Shown: one piece after another, positions 14,230-28,998 of the stretch
Numbering within the stretch: the first letter of the stretch is position 1
Layout of the letters: each line of letters starts with the position of its first letter
From: Octopus vulgaris
Lineage: Eukaryota
Assembly: GCA_951406725.2 (NCBI GenBank)
Contig: OX597831.1
Coordinates: forward strand, 50,964,001 to 51,028,000
Length of the DNA stretch: 64,000 nucleotides
Reading direction: 5' to 3'
Position numbers and translations under genes: made by a program
Notes under the pieces: generated by a model
Told to the model about the DNA's origin: nothing
What the model saw: only the letters and a program-made list of their open reading frames with translations
Databases searched by the model: none

Positions 14230-14490
14230 AAAAATAAACTTGTCAATCTTCATTTTTGGAATTATTTAATAGAAGCGAAAAAGGAAAAGTTTCATTGTTA
14301 TCAAGTGAACGATATCCTATAAAATATTACCAAAAGTGAAGTAGATTGATAAATTTATTTTTTGAACCTGTGGAATGCAAACTAGATACCGAAATATCGT
14401 CCACTTGATAACAATGGCACTCTTCCTTCTTTTTTTTTTTTTTTGCTTCTCTAAACCTACTGGAGGAGTTACCTCAATCCTATAAATTAC

Positions 14491-14538
<48 letters not shown>

Positions 14539-15001
14539 GGCGGTGAGCTGGCAGAATTGTTATCACACCAGACGAAATGCTTAGCAGCATTTCACGTTCT
14601 GAGTTGAAATTTCGCCGAGGTCGACTTTGCCTTTCATCCTTTCGAGATTCATGAAATAAGTGCCAGTTGTAACCCCGACCCCTGTAGTAGAAAGGATTAT
14701 TATTGTTATTTTGGTTTGGCTCAGGTTCTATCTTATTCTTGCTAGGAATTATGTTTATAGTGAATTACTACCAGTAACATTAGATATCCACAAGTTTGTA
14801 GCAGTCTTTCAAGTGCTTAGAACCTTCCACTAGCTGGCAGAATCGTTAGCACACCTGGCAAAATACTTAGCAGCATTTTGTCCGTCCTTGCGTTCTGAGT
14901 TCGAATTGAGCTGAGGTCAACTTTAACTTTCATCCTTTCGGAGGATGTAACCGACTTATCCTCTCCCTCGAAATTACTGACCTTGTGTCAAAATTTGAAA
15001 C

Positions 15002-15056
<55 letters not shown>

Positions 15057-15474
15057 GAGTGAGAGAGCAACAGTCCATCAAAGTGTCGCTGGGGCACAAA
15101 TATACGAAGCCGAATATACTCAGCATGACAATCCGTCTGTTAAGGGTACACCAGGCACATACATCACAAGCATATGAGCGCGATACGGTGACCCCATATT
15201 AAGACGAAACAGCGCATGACCTTTGCAGATAGAGCCCGCCCAATCAGAATTTTCTTCAGGTCGAGAAGCCCATCCTGCTCAAAACTTCCCTGAATAATAA
15301 TTTTTTAAAGGAGGATGACCGAAACATCCATGTTTCCAGGGGTGAATTATTCAAACCCCAAAGAATCTCTCTTAGTACATGGCTATTATGCTCACCCACT
15401 ATCCCTGTTCGAGATCAGAAATACACATATCGTAGCCACTAAGGGACACGCTCAAATGGTTATGGTCAAGCAAT

Positions 15475-15475
<1 letters not shown>
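15057..15475. mobile_element. (ATT)n-anchored repeat family E (decayed copy)
   Basis: Begins (ATT)n|GAGTGAGAGAGCA exactly as at 32471 and 37666. Confidence 0.75.
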
Positions 15476-15537
<62 letters not shown>

Positions 15538-15736
15538 CAGAATCGTTTGCACGCCGGGCATAGTGCTTAGCGGCATTTCGTCAAGTTGCACGTTCTGAGT
15601 TCAAATTCTGCAGAGGTCGACTTTACTGTTTATCCTTTCGGGCTCGATAGATTAAGTACAAGTGAAACACTGGGGTCGATGTAATCGACTTGTCCCCTCC
15701 CCCAAAATTCCAGGCCTTGTGCCTTTAGTAGGAAGG

Positions 15737-15836
<100 letters not shown>

Positions 15837-16050
15837 TCATGGCGGACTGACGGAATCGTTGGACACGACGGGCAAGATGCTAAGCGACATTTCATCCAGC
15901 TGCACTTTCTGTGTTCAAATTCCACCGAAGCCGACTTTGCCGTTCCTCCTTTCGGGGTCGATAAAATAAGTAGCAGTCACTCACTAGGGTCGATGTAATT
16001 GACTAGCCACTTGCCCCAAAATGTCAGGCCTTGGGCATAAATTAGAAAGA

Positions 16051-16125
<75 letters not shown>

Positions 16126-16260
16126 GGTGGTGGTGTTGTAGTAGTAGTAGTAATTGTTGTGGTTGGTGGTGGTAGTGATGTTGTTGTGGTGGTAGTAGTA
16201 ATAGTAGTAGTAATTGTTGTTGTTGTTGGTGGTGGTGGTGGTGTTGTTGTTGTTGTTATG

Positions 16261-16301
<41 letters not shown>

Positions 16302-16391
16302 TGTAGTAGTAGTAGTAGTAGCAGCAGCAGCAGCAGCGGCAGCGGTAGTAGTAGTAGTAGTAGTAGTTAAAAACTAATACATGTTAACTTA

Positions 16392-16745
16392 ATTAGCAGG
16401 GATGTTATCCTAAGCTTAGTCGCTAACAAGTCTTAAATCTCAAAAAATGTCTTTTTTTTTCTTTTTCTTTAAGGATTATTACAAGAGAATCTGCATAGTA
16501 TATGAGGCCGTTTGCACCTGTTATTTTCTCAACATTGATTTTCGTTAAGAATCCAACTAGTCTCTTTACTACTTTACACAGCTTTTCACTTTCGATAGCT
16601 CTTAAAGTTAATTAAATTAGCAGGGATGTTATCCTGAGCTTCGCTAAAAAGTCTCCTTAAATCACAAGAATCTTTTTTTTTTTTTTTTTCAAGGTTTCTT
16701 GCAACAGAAACTGCAAAGTATATATGAGGTTATTTGCACCTGTTA
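16392..16745 (+). repeat. Diverged direct duplication of ~130 bp
   Basis: AATTAGCAGGGATGTTATCCT...TTTGCACCTGTTA at 16392-16523 and 16616-16745. Confidence 0.8.
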
Positions 16746-17543
16746 CTTTTGACCGTTTCCCCATCTCGTTCTATCAGTAATTTTTGTATTATCAAAACTT
16801 TGAAGGTGTTACTGCAAGGACAAAATGTTAAGCGGAATTTTTTCCGGTGACTTTACGTTCTGTGTTCAAAGGCCACCGAAGTAGACTGCACCTTTCATTC
16901 CTTCAGGGTCGATAAAAATAAGTACCAGTTAAATACCGAAGTCCATGCAATCGAATTATCCCATCTTAAAACTGCTGGCCTTGCGCCAGAATTTGAAACC
17001 ACTACATAAGGTGGCGAACATGCAGAATCACTACCTCGTCGGAAGAAATGCTTTATATCCTGAATTCAAATTCCGCTCAGGTGACTTTACCCTTCATCCT
17101 TTCGAGGTTGATAAAATAAATACTAATCAAAAATTATGGTCAATGTAATCGTCTTCCTCCTCTCCTTGAAGGTTATTGGCCTTGAACCAAATTTAGAAAT
17201 TTGGGGTCTTGTGCCTACTGTAGCAAGAAATATAAAGCGGCGAGCACCAGACAAAATACTTGGCGGTATTTCGTTTTAATTCCACCGAGTTCGACTTTGC
17301 ATTTCATCCTTTTGGGATCGATAAAATAAGAACCAGTTGAGCTCTTGTGTTAATATAATTGATTTTTCCCTCTCTACACCTCAAAATTGCTGGCCTTGTG
17401 CCAAATTGGAAATAATTATAATAATATAACTTACTTGGAAATGGATGCGTGGCGTTCAATCAAATAATATAAATAATATATAAACACATATATATGAACG
17501 CACATACACACACACACACTCACAAACACACACACATACACAC

Positions 17544-17619
<76 letters not shown>

Positions 17620-17622
<3 letters not shown>

Positions 17623-17845
17623 AAAGAAATGGGTACAGGACGTCACAAAATGTAAACAGCATGAAATACGAAAAGAAATGAGTTGGGTACGCAAGCAACA
17701 AGGGAAATAAATGGAAAACAGGACAAGTAACATAAAGAACGACCCTTCATCAGTTGTCGGCTGTCCATCTACTTCTCGCTTCGAGCACTATTAGCGTTGT
17801 TTGCGTACTCAACTCATTTGTTTTCGTATTTCATGTTGTTTACGG
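17620..17845. mobile_element. Small asymmetric inverted-repeat insert between microsatellites
   Basis: Arms 17652-17699 and 17796-17843; the minus strand carries CTGATGA AGGG...CCCT but no adjacent GAAA. Confidence 0.6.
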
Positions 17846-17847
17846 TT

Positions 17848-17914
<67 letters not shown>

Positions 17915-18359
17915 ATAGATAGAGAGAGAGAGAGAGAGAAGTATTTAATATATGTACTTAATGGCTTGTTGACAAGCGTACATACCTTATGCGCATTCAT
18001 TCATGCTCATATGTCTACATAAGACTGGCAGCATAAGCTGTTTTGTGCTCTGTTTGACTAGTATGACTAATCGAACAGTAGTTATGAAAATGATTATGAT
18101 AAAATGCTCTTAAGTAGTGCCAGACAGATATCGATTAGCTCTATAAAAAGAGAACGGGGGAAATAGCCTATGCAGCGACACCAATTCTACATTCCTACAC
18201 ATTTATGTGTTGCATATTCTATTCAGACCATTCCATTCATTCCAGAATTAATAATAAATTCCTTCCTTGGAATTTCATTCATTCGAGCAACAAGTTAAGC
18301 TTTTATTTATTTAGCGTGTGTTGAGAATGTTTGGATTATATAGATGTTTGCATAGGATT

Positions 18360-18394
<35 letters not shown>

Positions 18395-18824
18395 ATTGTT
18401 TAACACTATATATCAGCCTTAATCGACTGTCACTAAGATCAAAATAGTCCAACTGTAATCATCCCACTATCTCCCCCACCCCACAGATATTGTGTATCTG
18501 CAACTAAAATACTCAGTACGTCCTTTCATCCTTTCAGTAACGTTGTGGTTTCAGAGAGAAAACAGCTGCTATTTCTTATAGGCTGAGCGTTAGTATCGCG
18601 AGCAGCTCAACAATTTCAGTATCCTCTTCATCTAGTTGTGCTAATTCGGCTGTGTCTGGCTGTGTCCCATCACAATTCCGCATAGCGTTCGGATGTTCAA
18701 CAGCGTTATGCCTCTTATCGGTATAGAGCCGGTCAATGGAATGTTTTTCCTAGTCGGCTGACCTGTGTATATTTCTCATAGCAAATTTCTCATAGCAGTG
18801 CATTGCTAATGAGTTCGTATTGAG

Positions 18825-19040
18825 CACTCTCTTTTACTCTTTTACTTGTTTCAGTCATTTGACTGTGGCCATGCTGGAGCAACGCCTTTCGTCGAGCAAA
18901 TCGACCCCAGGACTTATTCTTTGTAAGCCTAGTACTTATTCTATCGGTCTCTTTTGCTGAACAGCTAAGTTACGGGGACGTAAACACACCAGCATCGGTT
19001 GTCAAGCGATGTTGGGGAGGGGACAAACACAGACACACAA

Positions 19041-19081
<41 letters not shown>

Positions 19082-19275
19082 CACACAGATATATATATAT
19101 ATATATTATATACGACGGGCTTCTTTCGGTTTCCGTCTACCAAATTCACGCACAAGGCTTTGGTCGGCCCGAGGCTATAGTGGAAGACACTTGCCCAAGG
19201 TGCCACGCAGTGGGACTGATCCCGGAACCATGTGGTTCGTAAGCAAGCTACTTACCACACAGCCACTCCTACGCT
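18825..19275 (-). mobile_element. SINE family A, full length
   Basis: Reverse complement match from tail to head. Confidence 0.92.
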
Positions 19276-19761
19276 TAATATTCTTGTATTGCAGTTCTAA
19301 CGCTGAGTGGGGTAATGTATTTAAAAGTAAAACAATTATCAAACAAATGCTACAGTGCAGAAATATATACGCTATAGCAGTTATAGGCAAACTGTTGTCT
19401 GTGGGACTTTTTGAATGGCACACCTACATATCTTTAGTAGTGCGGCCCACTTGATAATGAACCATGCTTCATGCGGCCTGCTTCTCGAGAAAGGTTGCCC
19501 GTGTCTGCACTATAGTATCTAATTGTTTCTTAGCAGAAGCCTTTGCATGCTATATATAACAGCCAAGTCTCATTCAAAGCACGCCCTAGTGTCTTAGGTG
19601 GATAATCGGATCGTAGAGACAGACAGGATGATCATGCTGGAAAGCCTTTCATCAACATATGTGGTTGTTCACTCAGGAATGGTGTTGGGCTAACCGCCAG
19701 TATTACAAACGACAATAATAGCGTTTCCTAAAGTTCAAAACCGAAATCCTGTCGTGGTTGA

Positions 19762-19979
19762 CGGGTCTCGGGACAAAATCCCCCCGAGAACAAAATCCCC
19801 CGAGAACAAAATCCCCCCGAGGACAAAATCCCCCGAGGACAAAATTGTCATTGTTCTAATCAATAATAAATATTGTGAAGAAAGAGCAATATCCCCCGGG
19901 ATTTTGACTTTGGGGGGATTTTGTTCGGAAGGATTTTGTCTGGGGACGGTTTTGTCCGGTGGAATTTTATCCTAGTACC
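19762..19979. mobile_element. MITE with tandemly iterated inverted arms
   Basis: Left arm has ~5 x GRACAAAATCCCCCGA; right arm has ~5 degenerate GGGATTTTGTC units. Confidence 0.75.
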
Positions 19980-20104
19980 AGATGGACGATATCTTCCATT
20001 AATAAGAAGATCGATAAATATATTTTCCAGTAATATGCTGATGTTGATTAAATAGATTTACCCTTCTCTCTCTGAACGAGTAACCTTATGCTGTGGTTGA
20101 AAAT

Positions 20105-20328
20105 TACAGGATGCGGCAGAAAAACCTCCCAAACGTTTTTATGCTGCACCCTGTCGCAAGAGAAAATACACCGATAGTGACGTTGTCTCCTCGCAGCGAA
20201 TGCTTTACTACTTTTTTGTTTGTTTTTTGTTCAGTTGCCATCATGATTTGAACCGATGTACCCCATGCGTTTGCTGTTTATCAAGAAGGGTGAATCTGGG
20301 AAGTTTTTTTTTTTTTTGCTCCCTGTAT
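20105..20328. mobile_element. Possible Tc1/mariner-type MITE remnant
   Basis: TA|CAGGATGCGGCAGAAAAACCTCCC ... GGGAAGTTTT...GCTCCCTG|TA imperfect TIRs. Confidence 0.45.
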
Positions 20329-21484
20329 TAATATGGCGTTGTGAGAGATCTTATAATAGCAGTAAGTTATCATCAAGCAGAACAATATCTACGACCAGTT
20401 TTAAATTCTTGAAACAATTTTAATGGACCAATTCTGCTTCCCTTGAGTGATCTGAAATTTTTACAGTTGATTGGAATTTTTCAACGGAATTTGTTTTACC
20501 ATATTATTTTCCTGAAGCCATCCTCCAACGTGAGTCATATTAATATGTATTCTTCAACGAGGTTGTGTATCTTTCATAAATAAAAATTCAACCCCTGCAT
20601 ATATCCACAAAAAAATATTCGCACTTCACAACATTTAAATGTGAGCAACATCTGTTGAAATTGTGCCATTTATTGTTGAAGACAAGATTGGCACGAACCC
20701 GTTGTAGGATTTTTTCGGGGTTTCCGCTCATAGACTTTTGCATTTATTGATGATGTTTCTCCTAGATTTTACAAGATCGAGTTTTTACGAGATTGAGAGA
20801 CATCAATCATCTCGGATAGGAACATCAGTTTATAGAGTTTTCCTTTTCCATTGATTTTCACGAAACGAAAAACGTAATTTTAATGATTCATGTGGTTCCA
20901 AGATCCATAGAACGAACCAAGGCATCGCCTTCTTTATGTAGTGTGTAGGTCAAGATAGTTTAGTGGGATCTCATCATTAATACAGACCCAAGCCAAAGAC
21001 CTACCTACCAGAAATGCCAACTATATCGCCCTTTAGTCTTTTTACTAAAAAGAGAGAAAGAGTATGATATATAAAGTAATGTAGTTATTTATATATTGTG
21101 TCTGAACAAATGCGGAAAGGCCACGGTGGGAGTCTCTTTGATCACAGTTAGTTTCGACCAGGCTTGACTTCTGCTACTGCTATTTCCCTTCTTTTATCGC
21201 TAAACTTTACCCTAAGCAATAAATTATGTTCTCCGCTCACTTCTAGAGTAGCAGCCCTGCTGAACACTTCTACTTTCCGATGTTCCTGTTCATATGATAC
21301 ATGGACCTCAAATTTTTCAAACACAAATATCGAAAACATAAATTATTCAAAATTTACGTGTTATGTATTGACCCTATTCATTTATTTCAGTCATCTGATT
21401 TTAAAATGTCCCAGAAAATGTAAGAATATGCTTTCTTTTGAAGATTCAATGATGAAATTCATTTCTATAAAAAATCGATTTATA

Positions 21485-21850
21485 GGTACAGGGATGGCTG
21501 AATGGTTAAGAAGTTTTCTTCCCAATCATATGGCCCTGGGTTCACTTCTGCGCGGCACCTTAGGCAAATGTCTTCAACTATAGACCCGAGCCGGCCAAAG
21601 CTTTGTGAGTTGATTTGACAGGCGGAAACTGAAAGAAACCTACTCTGTGTGTGTCTGTCTGTTTTTTAGTTTGTGTTTGTCTCTCACAACCGCTTGACAA
21701 TTTATCGCTTCAGCCTAATAGATCGATAGGACATTTACCGGACTTCAAAATAAGTACTAAACTCAATTTGTTCGACTGAACCCTTTAAGGCAGAGTCCCA
21801 GAATTGCCTCAATCCAAAGAATAAAACAAGTGAAAGGTAAAAGATAAGTG
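21485..21850 (+). mobile_element. SINE family A, old diverged copy
   Basis: Recognisable head, GGCACCTTAGGCAAATGTCTT, GGAAACTGAAAGAA and tail. Confidence 0.8.
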
Positions 21851-22299
21851 AAGATATAAGATAAAGCACCATAATTTGCTCTGTTTTGTGAATAACACTT
21901 TAAAGGCAATGTCGTCATGTTAAGTAAAGCGTAAAAGAATCAATATTATTCTCCATATTCTTGAAATTAAAGAGTCAGTGAAATGGCAAGACCGGTAGAA
22001 CATAAATGCTTTGCGGGGTATATCATTATAACCTATATTTTCTGCGATTACGAGATCAATAAAATGAAGTACCAGTCAAGTACTAGGGTAGATATAATCG
22101 ACTGCCTCTCCTCTGCTCATATATTAACATGGAATGGCTGAAATGAGTGTCTGACAAAATGCTTCATGTTATCTAGTTACGGCCCTTTGCGTTCTGCGTT
22201 CACAGCCCGCCGATGTTAGCATTGCATTTCATCTTTGCAGAGTCAAACATTTTATTCCATTTAAGCAAGAATATCGCTCCTCCGCCTTGTGTTGATTTC

Positions 22300-22695
22300 A
22301 AGTTTTGACACAAAGCCAGCAATTTCGAGGGAGGAGGTAAATCGATTACATCGACTCAAGTACTTGACTGGTATTTATTTTATCGATCCCGAAGGATGAA
22401 AGGCAAAGTTGACCTCGGCGATATTTGATCTCAGAACATAAAGACGGACGAAATGCCGTCCATTTTTACGCGGACGTAAACAAACCATCACCGATTGTCA
22501 AAAAGTGAGCTAGGGTTGACCAAACGCAATCGAAAAGACACACTATTTCTGTATACTAAATTTACTCACAAACCATTTGTTAATCTAGGTTTATAGAAAA
22601 AGACATTTTCCTGATGTGTCGCGGAGTAGGACTGAACACAAAACCACATGGTTACAAAGAGATCCTCTTAACTACGCAACCATGACTACACCTAA
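22300..22695 (-). mobile_element. Diverged SINE B followed by diverged SINE A
   Basis: GGATGAAAGGCAAAGTTGACCTCGGCG core, then ACTCACAAA...GGACTGAACACAAAACCACATGGTT. Confidence 0.7.
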
Positions 22696-23441
22696 TATTT
22701 GAATTTTCTTCGGTTCTTGTAATTCCTAAAATATAGCATGAAGAATATTGCTACCTTCGCAATTTTTCTGCATACCTTAGCAAGAAATCAAGAATTAAAA
22801 AACTGAAACCTCAAATCGAATCAGTGAAAATAGTAAGTTAACTATATTAAAATTAGATAATTCTTATACAGATGTATGTTAAATAGTGATCTATTTTTAT
22901 AACACAGTTATTCAAAATGTCCCCCATAAAGATATAACGAGCAGTAATTATAATGATGCTACATAAGAGTCTAGAGTTAATTGCTAACACCCTAGAAATT
23001 CAATATTTGCCTGTTGGCCACCAACTTTAATACTTGTACTGCACAAATACTTCATCACTTTTTTTGCTTCAGATTAATTTAAGACTTTTAATGATCCGCA
23101 GAAGATATACTTATCTTGGCATTTCTTCCTGAGAAAGAATGCTTCGTCAAGCAAAATAGAGAAAGATTCTCTTTAGAGACTAACAAGCGACAAAGGTCAA
23201 AATCAAAGTGAATCACACCTATTATTTTGATATGAGAGACTTAGATTTAGGTACAACATAGACACCACTGATAAATGAATCGATATTATTAATTGAATAA
23301 TGGCAGATTATCAATATACACATCATCGCTTTATACTAGATAGCATTTTGCCCTTGGTATCGTATGTTCTTTTAAACGAACAAAGACATACAATATGTGC
23401 GTATGTGCGAGTGTGTCTACGTGTACGTGGATGTGTGTGAG

Positions 23442-23491
<50 letters not shown>

Positions 23492-23561
23492 TGTATGTTT
23501 GCATGAGTGGTATATATATATATATATATATATGTATATACTATGCAAACATACATGTATA

Positions 23562-23610
<49 letters not shown>

Positions 23611-24348
23611 TATGTATGTGTGTATACGTATATATGTATGTGTGAGCGTGTGTGTGTGTGTGTGTGTTCGATATACAGACAGATATGAGACGAATAGATG
23701 AGTTGGCGCGTAATCAAAGAACACGAAGAGAGACTGAACAGAAATTAGTAATAGCAGCACATGAATTCCAGCTCTTCTTTAAATCACATCAAAGATGCTT
23801 CAAAAATAAAAGAAGAATATAATTGAGTAATTTTCTTCTGTATATCTTCATAGTATTTCTGGTGATTGTCATGACAAAGATATTGTAAGTTCCAAGATAA
23901 AATGTTACATCCAACTTATAAAAGATGAAAATGATGAAAATTATCTATCAACAACACCCCTATCGTGATTGTAATTCTCGAAACCGCAGCAGACACGTTT
24001 ATTTTCCTAATATTCTAAGTGCTGGCGTAAGGCCACAAGAAAGGATATATTACATTTGACACAACATAAGATTGATAACTTATTTTATCGATCCCACAGA
24101 GATGAAAGACAAAGTTTACCGCCTTGAGATTTGAACCTAGAAAAGAAGTTAAACGGAACTTAATACTGCAATATGCTTTATTATACAGAAAATGCGCGCG
24201 GCTTAGTAGTTATGTTATGGTGTTCGGCTTATGTTCAAAAGACTGAGGTTTCAATTCCTGGATTGTGCAATGCGCTGTCTCTTTGTGCAAGGCACGTTGC
24301 ACCACTCAGCACTGCTGTAGTACTGTACCGACCGATTGCTTGTACAGA

Positions 24349-24405
<57 letters not shown>

Positions 24406-24471
24406 GTATCTCTATCTCTCTCTCTCTCTGTATGTGTGTATCTCTCTCTCTGTATGTGTGTGTGTGTGTGT

Positions 24472-24513
<42 letters not shown>

Positions 24514-25302
24514 CTGTCACATCCTGGATGTTCTGCTGAGTCAAATGTGAAGAGAAGGTCGTCTTTATCTGCTTAATATCAGAGTCACCTAAAGCAATTA
24601 TGCAATGAGCAAAAGTATGGTGTCTGCTACGAAACTATACTGCCTAGTAAGTGACGGTTTGTTACACTGTTTCTACAACTCCACCATCCTCTTATATTAA
24701 TATACAGGCATCGTATATAAGCTGAATAGATAAGGTGTGTGATTATTAGCTGATGGTTGTTCATAATCGTACTCTGAAATTGGTATGACTCTTGTCAGTA
24801 CCAAACATTTTCTGGTTTTGGTCTATTTTTAAGGAAAAGAAATGGAAAAGGGTACTTACCTATTATTGACAACCAATGATATATGTACAAAATTATTAAT
24901 AAAATTATTACATTCGTGAGACGACTGCAGTAGTTGGTCAGCAGACTACCTCATGGAGATAAAACGGGCAAGGAGTTCAACCAAAGATTAATTGTTTTAT
25001 GTATTAATTGGTTGTTGATAATAGGAAAGTAACTGGAAAAGTGCGTCATTTATGCCGGTATTTATTTTATCGATCCTGAAGGATGAAAGGCAAAGTCGGT
25101 ATTTGAACTTAGAACATAAAGACGGACGAAATGCCGTCCATTTTTAAGCGGGTGTAAACAAGCCAACACCGATTGTCATTAGAAGTGTAAACGAAATGAA
25201 GTATTCTCGAACAGAATTTGAAACCGGGTAGCGAATAACTGTACATCATCAGCTAATATCTGCCTCTTTCTAGTTGCAACTATTTTACTTCGTTTACCGT
25301 AT

Positions 25303-25388
25303 ACTCTCTTTACTCTTTACTCTTTTACTTGTTTCAGTCTTTTGACTGCGGCCAAAGCTACTTACCACACAGCCACTCCTGCGCCTAT
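25303..25388 (-). mobile_element. Internally deleted SINE A (head joined to tail)
   Basis: CTTTTACTTGTTTCAGTC..GACTGCGGCCA directly abuts AAGCTACTTACCACACAGCCACTCCTGCGCC. Confidence 0.8.
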
Positions 25389-26790
25389 ATGTATACATAA
25401 AGGACTTTCTATATATGTATATGTATACATAAAGGACTTTCTCTTCTCTCTCGATTGTTAAATCACTAATGTTTTGTCATGAGAAAAGGAATAAAAGAAA
25501 AACACATTCCATGAATTTCTTGAAGATTGTAATTATTTTACACCTATCGGAAATATCTCGTTTCATAAAATGTTCAATTTATATATCTCAGTTGTCATGC
25601 TGACGAATTCTAAAAAGAATGAAATAGTGCTATATACGATTACTACTGAGTAGAAATTTTAGGAAAGCTGTAATAAGTAAGCAACAAAAATATATTTTCC
25701 TTATTCCTTAATTTCAAGTTCAAACTTCTGATCCCGCGAAATATTATAAGGAAATGGTTATTTTTCTTATGTTAACTTCCGCTATGTGTCGTCACGTATA
25801 TTTTACTTCAAATACTCCAGTTATTCTCATAAGGAAGACACAGATGTTCTGCATTTTTTTCCAACATCAGTAGTAAACTGCCGCATGCTTTATTTAAATT
25901 TTATGCATAGCAGGATAAAGAGGCTCTAGTGTAGCGACTCCGAGTTTGTGCTACTTGGGTCCCCAGAGGTCTAATAGCAAAATTCTCGGTGGTTCACAGA
26001 AGAATCCTCTGCCACATATTTTCAGTAATATCAAAAGTTAGGGCTTGTCAGTATGTGTTCATGCATTTGTATACTTTAATTAGTTTTTCTCTATTTTTGT
26101 ATTACATACATATTTGTATTATTTGATTACTAATTACATTCTATTTAAAATTTTGATTAAATTCTACTGAATTTTTTATGCTCAGTTGATCCATGAGAAA
26201 TATTCAGTAAATGAAAGTAGTCGAAGATAGAAAAATTAATTTGCGAACCGTTAATCTTATGGGAACTAAATTCAGAAGATCGAAATAGTTTTCTTTTTTA
26301 CGGTTTTTGTATAATTTTGATACATTTTGACAGTTACCACAAAGAATCAAAATTTATCGTCTGTTATCTGCAATACAAAATTTTTAATATAAAGCACAAC
26401 ACTATGGGCAGCTATCTTCTCCTGAAGATTCTGTCAAAGTGGAAAAAATGTTAGACGAAAACGATGCAGAAGTATGTTGTGTGTGTGTGCGCACGCATCT
26501 GTATGTATGTATGCACACATGCGTGTGTGTTTGTGTGTGTGTGTGTGTGTGCATTTGAAGAAAGATTTTCTTAAATTAAAAGTTATATAAAATCCTTTAA
26601 AAAGCAGAACGTCACAAATCTTTTCCAACTTTTCGTACTGTGTGAGCGCTTTCGCTGCATTTTAGCTTTTCAAATCTTTTAAAACACACGCGCGCATACA
26701 TACACGCGCACATACACACATGCATATACACACACACACATATATATATATACACATACCTATAGGTATATATGTTTGTGTGTGTGTACA

Positions 26791-26835
<45 letters not shown>

Positions 26836-26877
26836 GAAAGAATGGAGTCGAACGAAGATGTTAACAAAATTCCTTTA

Positions 26878-26959
26878 CTCTCGATATATGTTTCGAAGAC
26901 AGCATGTTTTCATTCCAAAGGAATAAAGGGTGCATTATGCAATCTTCTCATCAGGAAAG
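26878..26959 (-). ncRNA. Hammerhead motif with long stem II insertion, in a (TA)n-flanked insert (~26833-27375)
   Basis: Minus strand: CTTTC CTGATGA GAAGA [~43 nt] TCTTC GAAA CATATA TC GAGAG. Confidence 0.72.
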
Positions 26960-27372
26960 AAAGGGAGCCTCTCTCGACAACAAGACAAACAAAAATTTCG
27001 ATGATTGCCTACATGGTAAACAAAGCGATAATGAGTGCTTTTTTAAAAAAACCGTTAGAAGAATTGATGTCAAAGATAGATAGTAGGAAGAGAAGGGATA
27101 AAGGAATAATAGGTAGGGAACAAGTGGAAAGGGAAGGGTACGTTGATTGAAAGAATGTTCGAAGGCTTAGGAAATAATTTCTCTATAGTAGTGGGGTGGA
27201 CGTAAAGCTAATTGTTCAAACCACAGTGACTATCGTTATCATTTACATGAGTAGAAAGTGTGTTTCTGCCAGTGTTTACATTTGTATGATTTTTCTATGA
27301 GTGTGTTTACTAGGGGAACCTTAGAGAAAAGAATATGCTGACGAAAAACATAGGATAATTCATTCACCTACT

Positions 27373-27444
<72 letters not shown>

Positions 27445-28784
27445 ACTTGTTTAGGGGTTTGAAAATGCACCTAAATCTGAAAAACGTGTGGTCGTTTATA
27501 AATATCTTTATTTACATACCAAATTATTTTCGACATTTTTTTGGCTTATAAATGATACAAATGTATATCTCTAAAGAATGGGGGTTTAGGGGAGTTTCAA
27601 AAATTACAAGGTAAAAATTGGACAAGCATGCTTAAAACATCAGATGTTCAAATGTTCGCAGAAATTTCAGTTTCACATGGAAGTGTTCCACGAAGATCAA
27701 AACAAATATATGTTACTGAAAGTTCTTTTATATTGAGATTTTATAAAATAAGTAAAGAAGAGAAAAAGGTCTGAAAAAAGGGGGTTTTACAATTTCTCTC
27801 GTGGTGTCTGTAGTTCCTTTTTCCAAATTCAGTCTCAGTGCACTGGTCTCTTGACCTTTTACGGCTTGTTGGGATATTTTGTGTTCAATCATTTAGTATA
27901 GATATTTTTTTACGGAAAAGGATCTAAATTTTTGTAACCTATCTCCTCTTGAAAAGAGGGAACCGGACACACACACGCATACTCACACACACACTCTCTC
28001 TATGTGTGGGTGTATGTGTGTGTCTCTTTATGCATGTATGTATGTATATATGTATGCATATACATAATTTTATAATAGAAATCATTACTAAATTAACTAC
28101 TTGAAGAATGTTTTTAATTCGACTGTAAATTCTATCAAAATTAGGTTTAGGTACACCAGAACTAAATAGCACGTTAGTCGAAGACACTCAATATATTCTT
28201 ATTCGTGTAAGACGGCAAGATATAATATGGAAGCTTTTTACTGCTATTTCAAGTATTAGAAACAACTATTATTCGTTTGATAGCCCAAAAGATTTCATAC
28301 GCCTATGCATACCAGTAAGTGTCCGTGTTGGAAACATACTTAAAGTACCAGTTCAAAAAGGAAACAAATGCTTAATTTTCCTCAAACGCTGAATTAATTC
28401 TCCAGCTTTAATCTTTATACTTTGACTTTGGAAATATAACGTTTCAACTGATTGAAAAGGATTTCGGTACCGTTTAAGGGTTCATTAAATTTATCTGAAT
28501 GAGAGAATAACTACAAGTCAAAATGAAGAGTCGTTGATCATTAGAACAGTACGGTTAAAATCCGAAATCCAAGGATAATAGTGTCTTTATCGACACTCTG
28601 CAAAAAGCTAACAAACCGCATTTACCCACTCTTCATAAAAATTGAGATTAATGACATACAACGTACGATTCTGGGTGGAATTATTGTGATTCTTGCTCCA
28701 GAATTACAAAATCGTGAGATTTTATTGAATCTCACGAGCGGTAACAACATAATGAAGGAAATGTTCATTGTATCATTTATATAT

Positions 28785-28940
28785 ACTCTTTACTCTTTTA
28801 CTCTTTTACTTGTTTCAGTCATTTGACTGCGGCCATGTTGGAGCACCGCCTTTAATCGAGCAACTCGACCCCGGGACTTATTCTTTTGTAAGCCCAGTAC
28901 TTATTCTATCGGTCTCTTTTGCCGAACCGCTAAGTAACGG
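28785..28940 (-). mobile_element. SINE A 3' fragment
   Basis: Tail portion only. Confidence 0.85.
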
Positions 28941-28998
28941 ATATTTGTTCAAGGCATAAATAATGGTCATTACATATTTTTCTTTATTGTTGTAAATT

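Noticed and set aside
26776-27150. 124 aa ORF
   Set aside because: Starts in a microsatellite, lies antisense to a hammerhead-bearing repeat, and has no recognisable motif.
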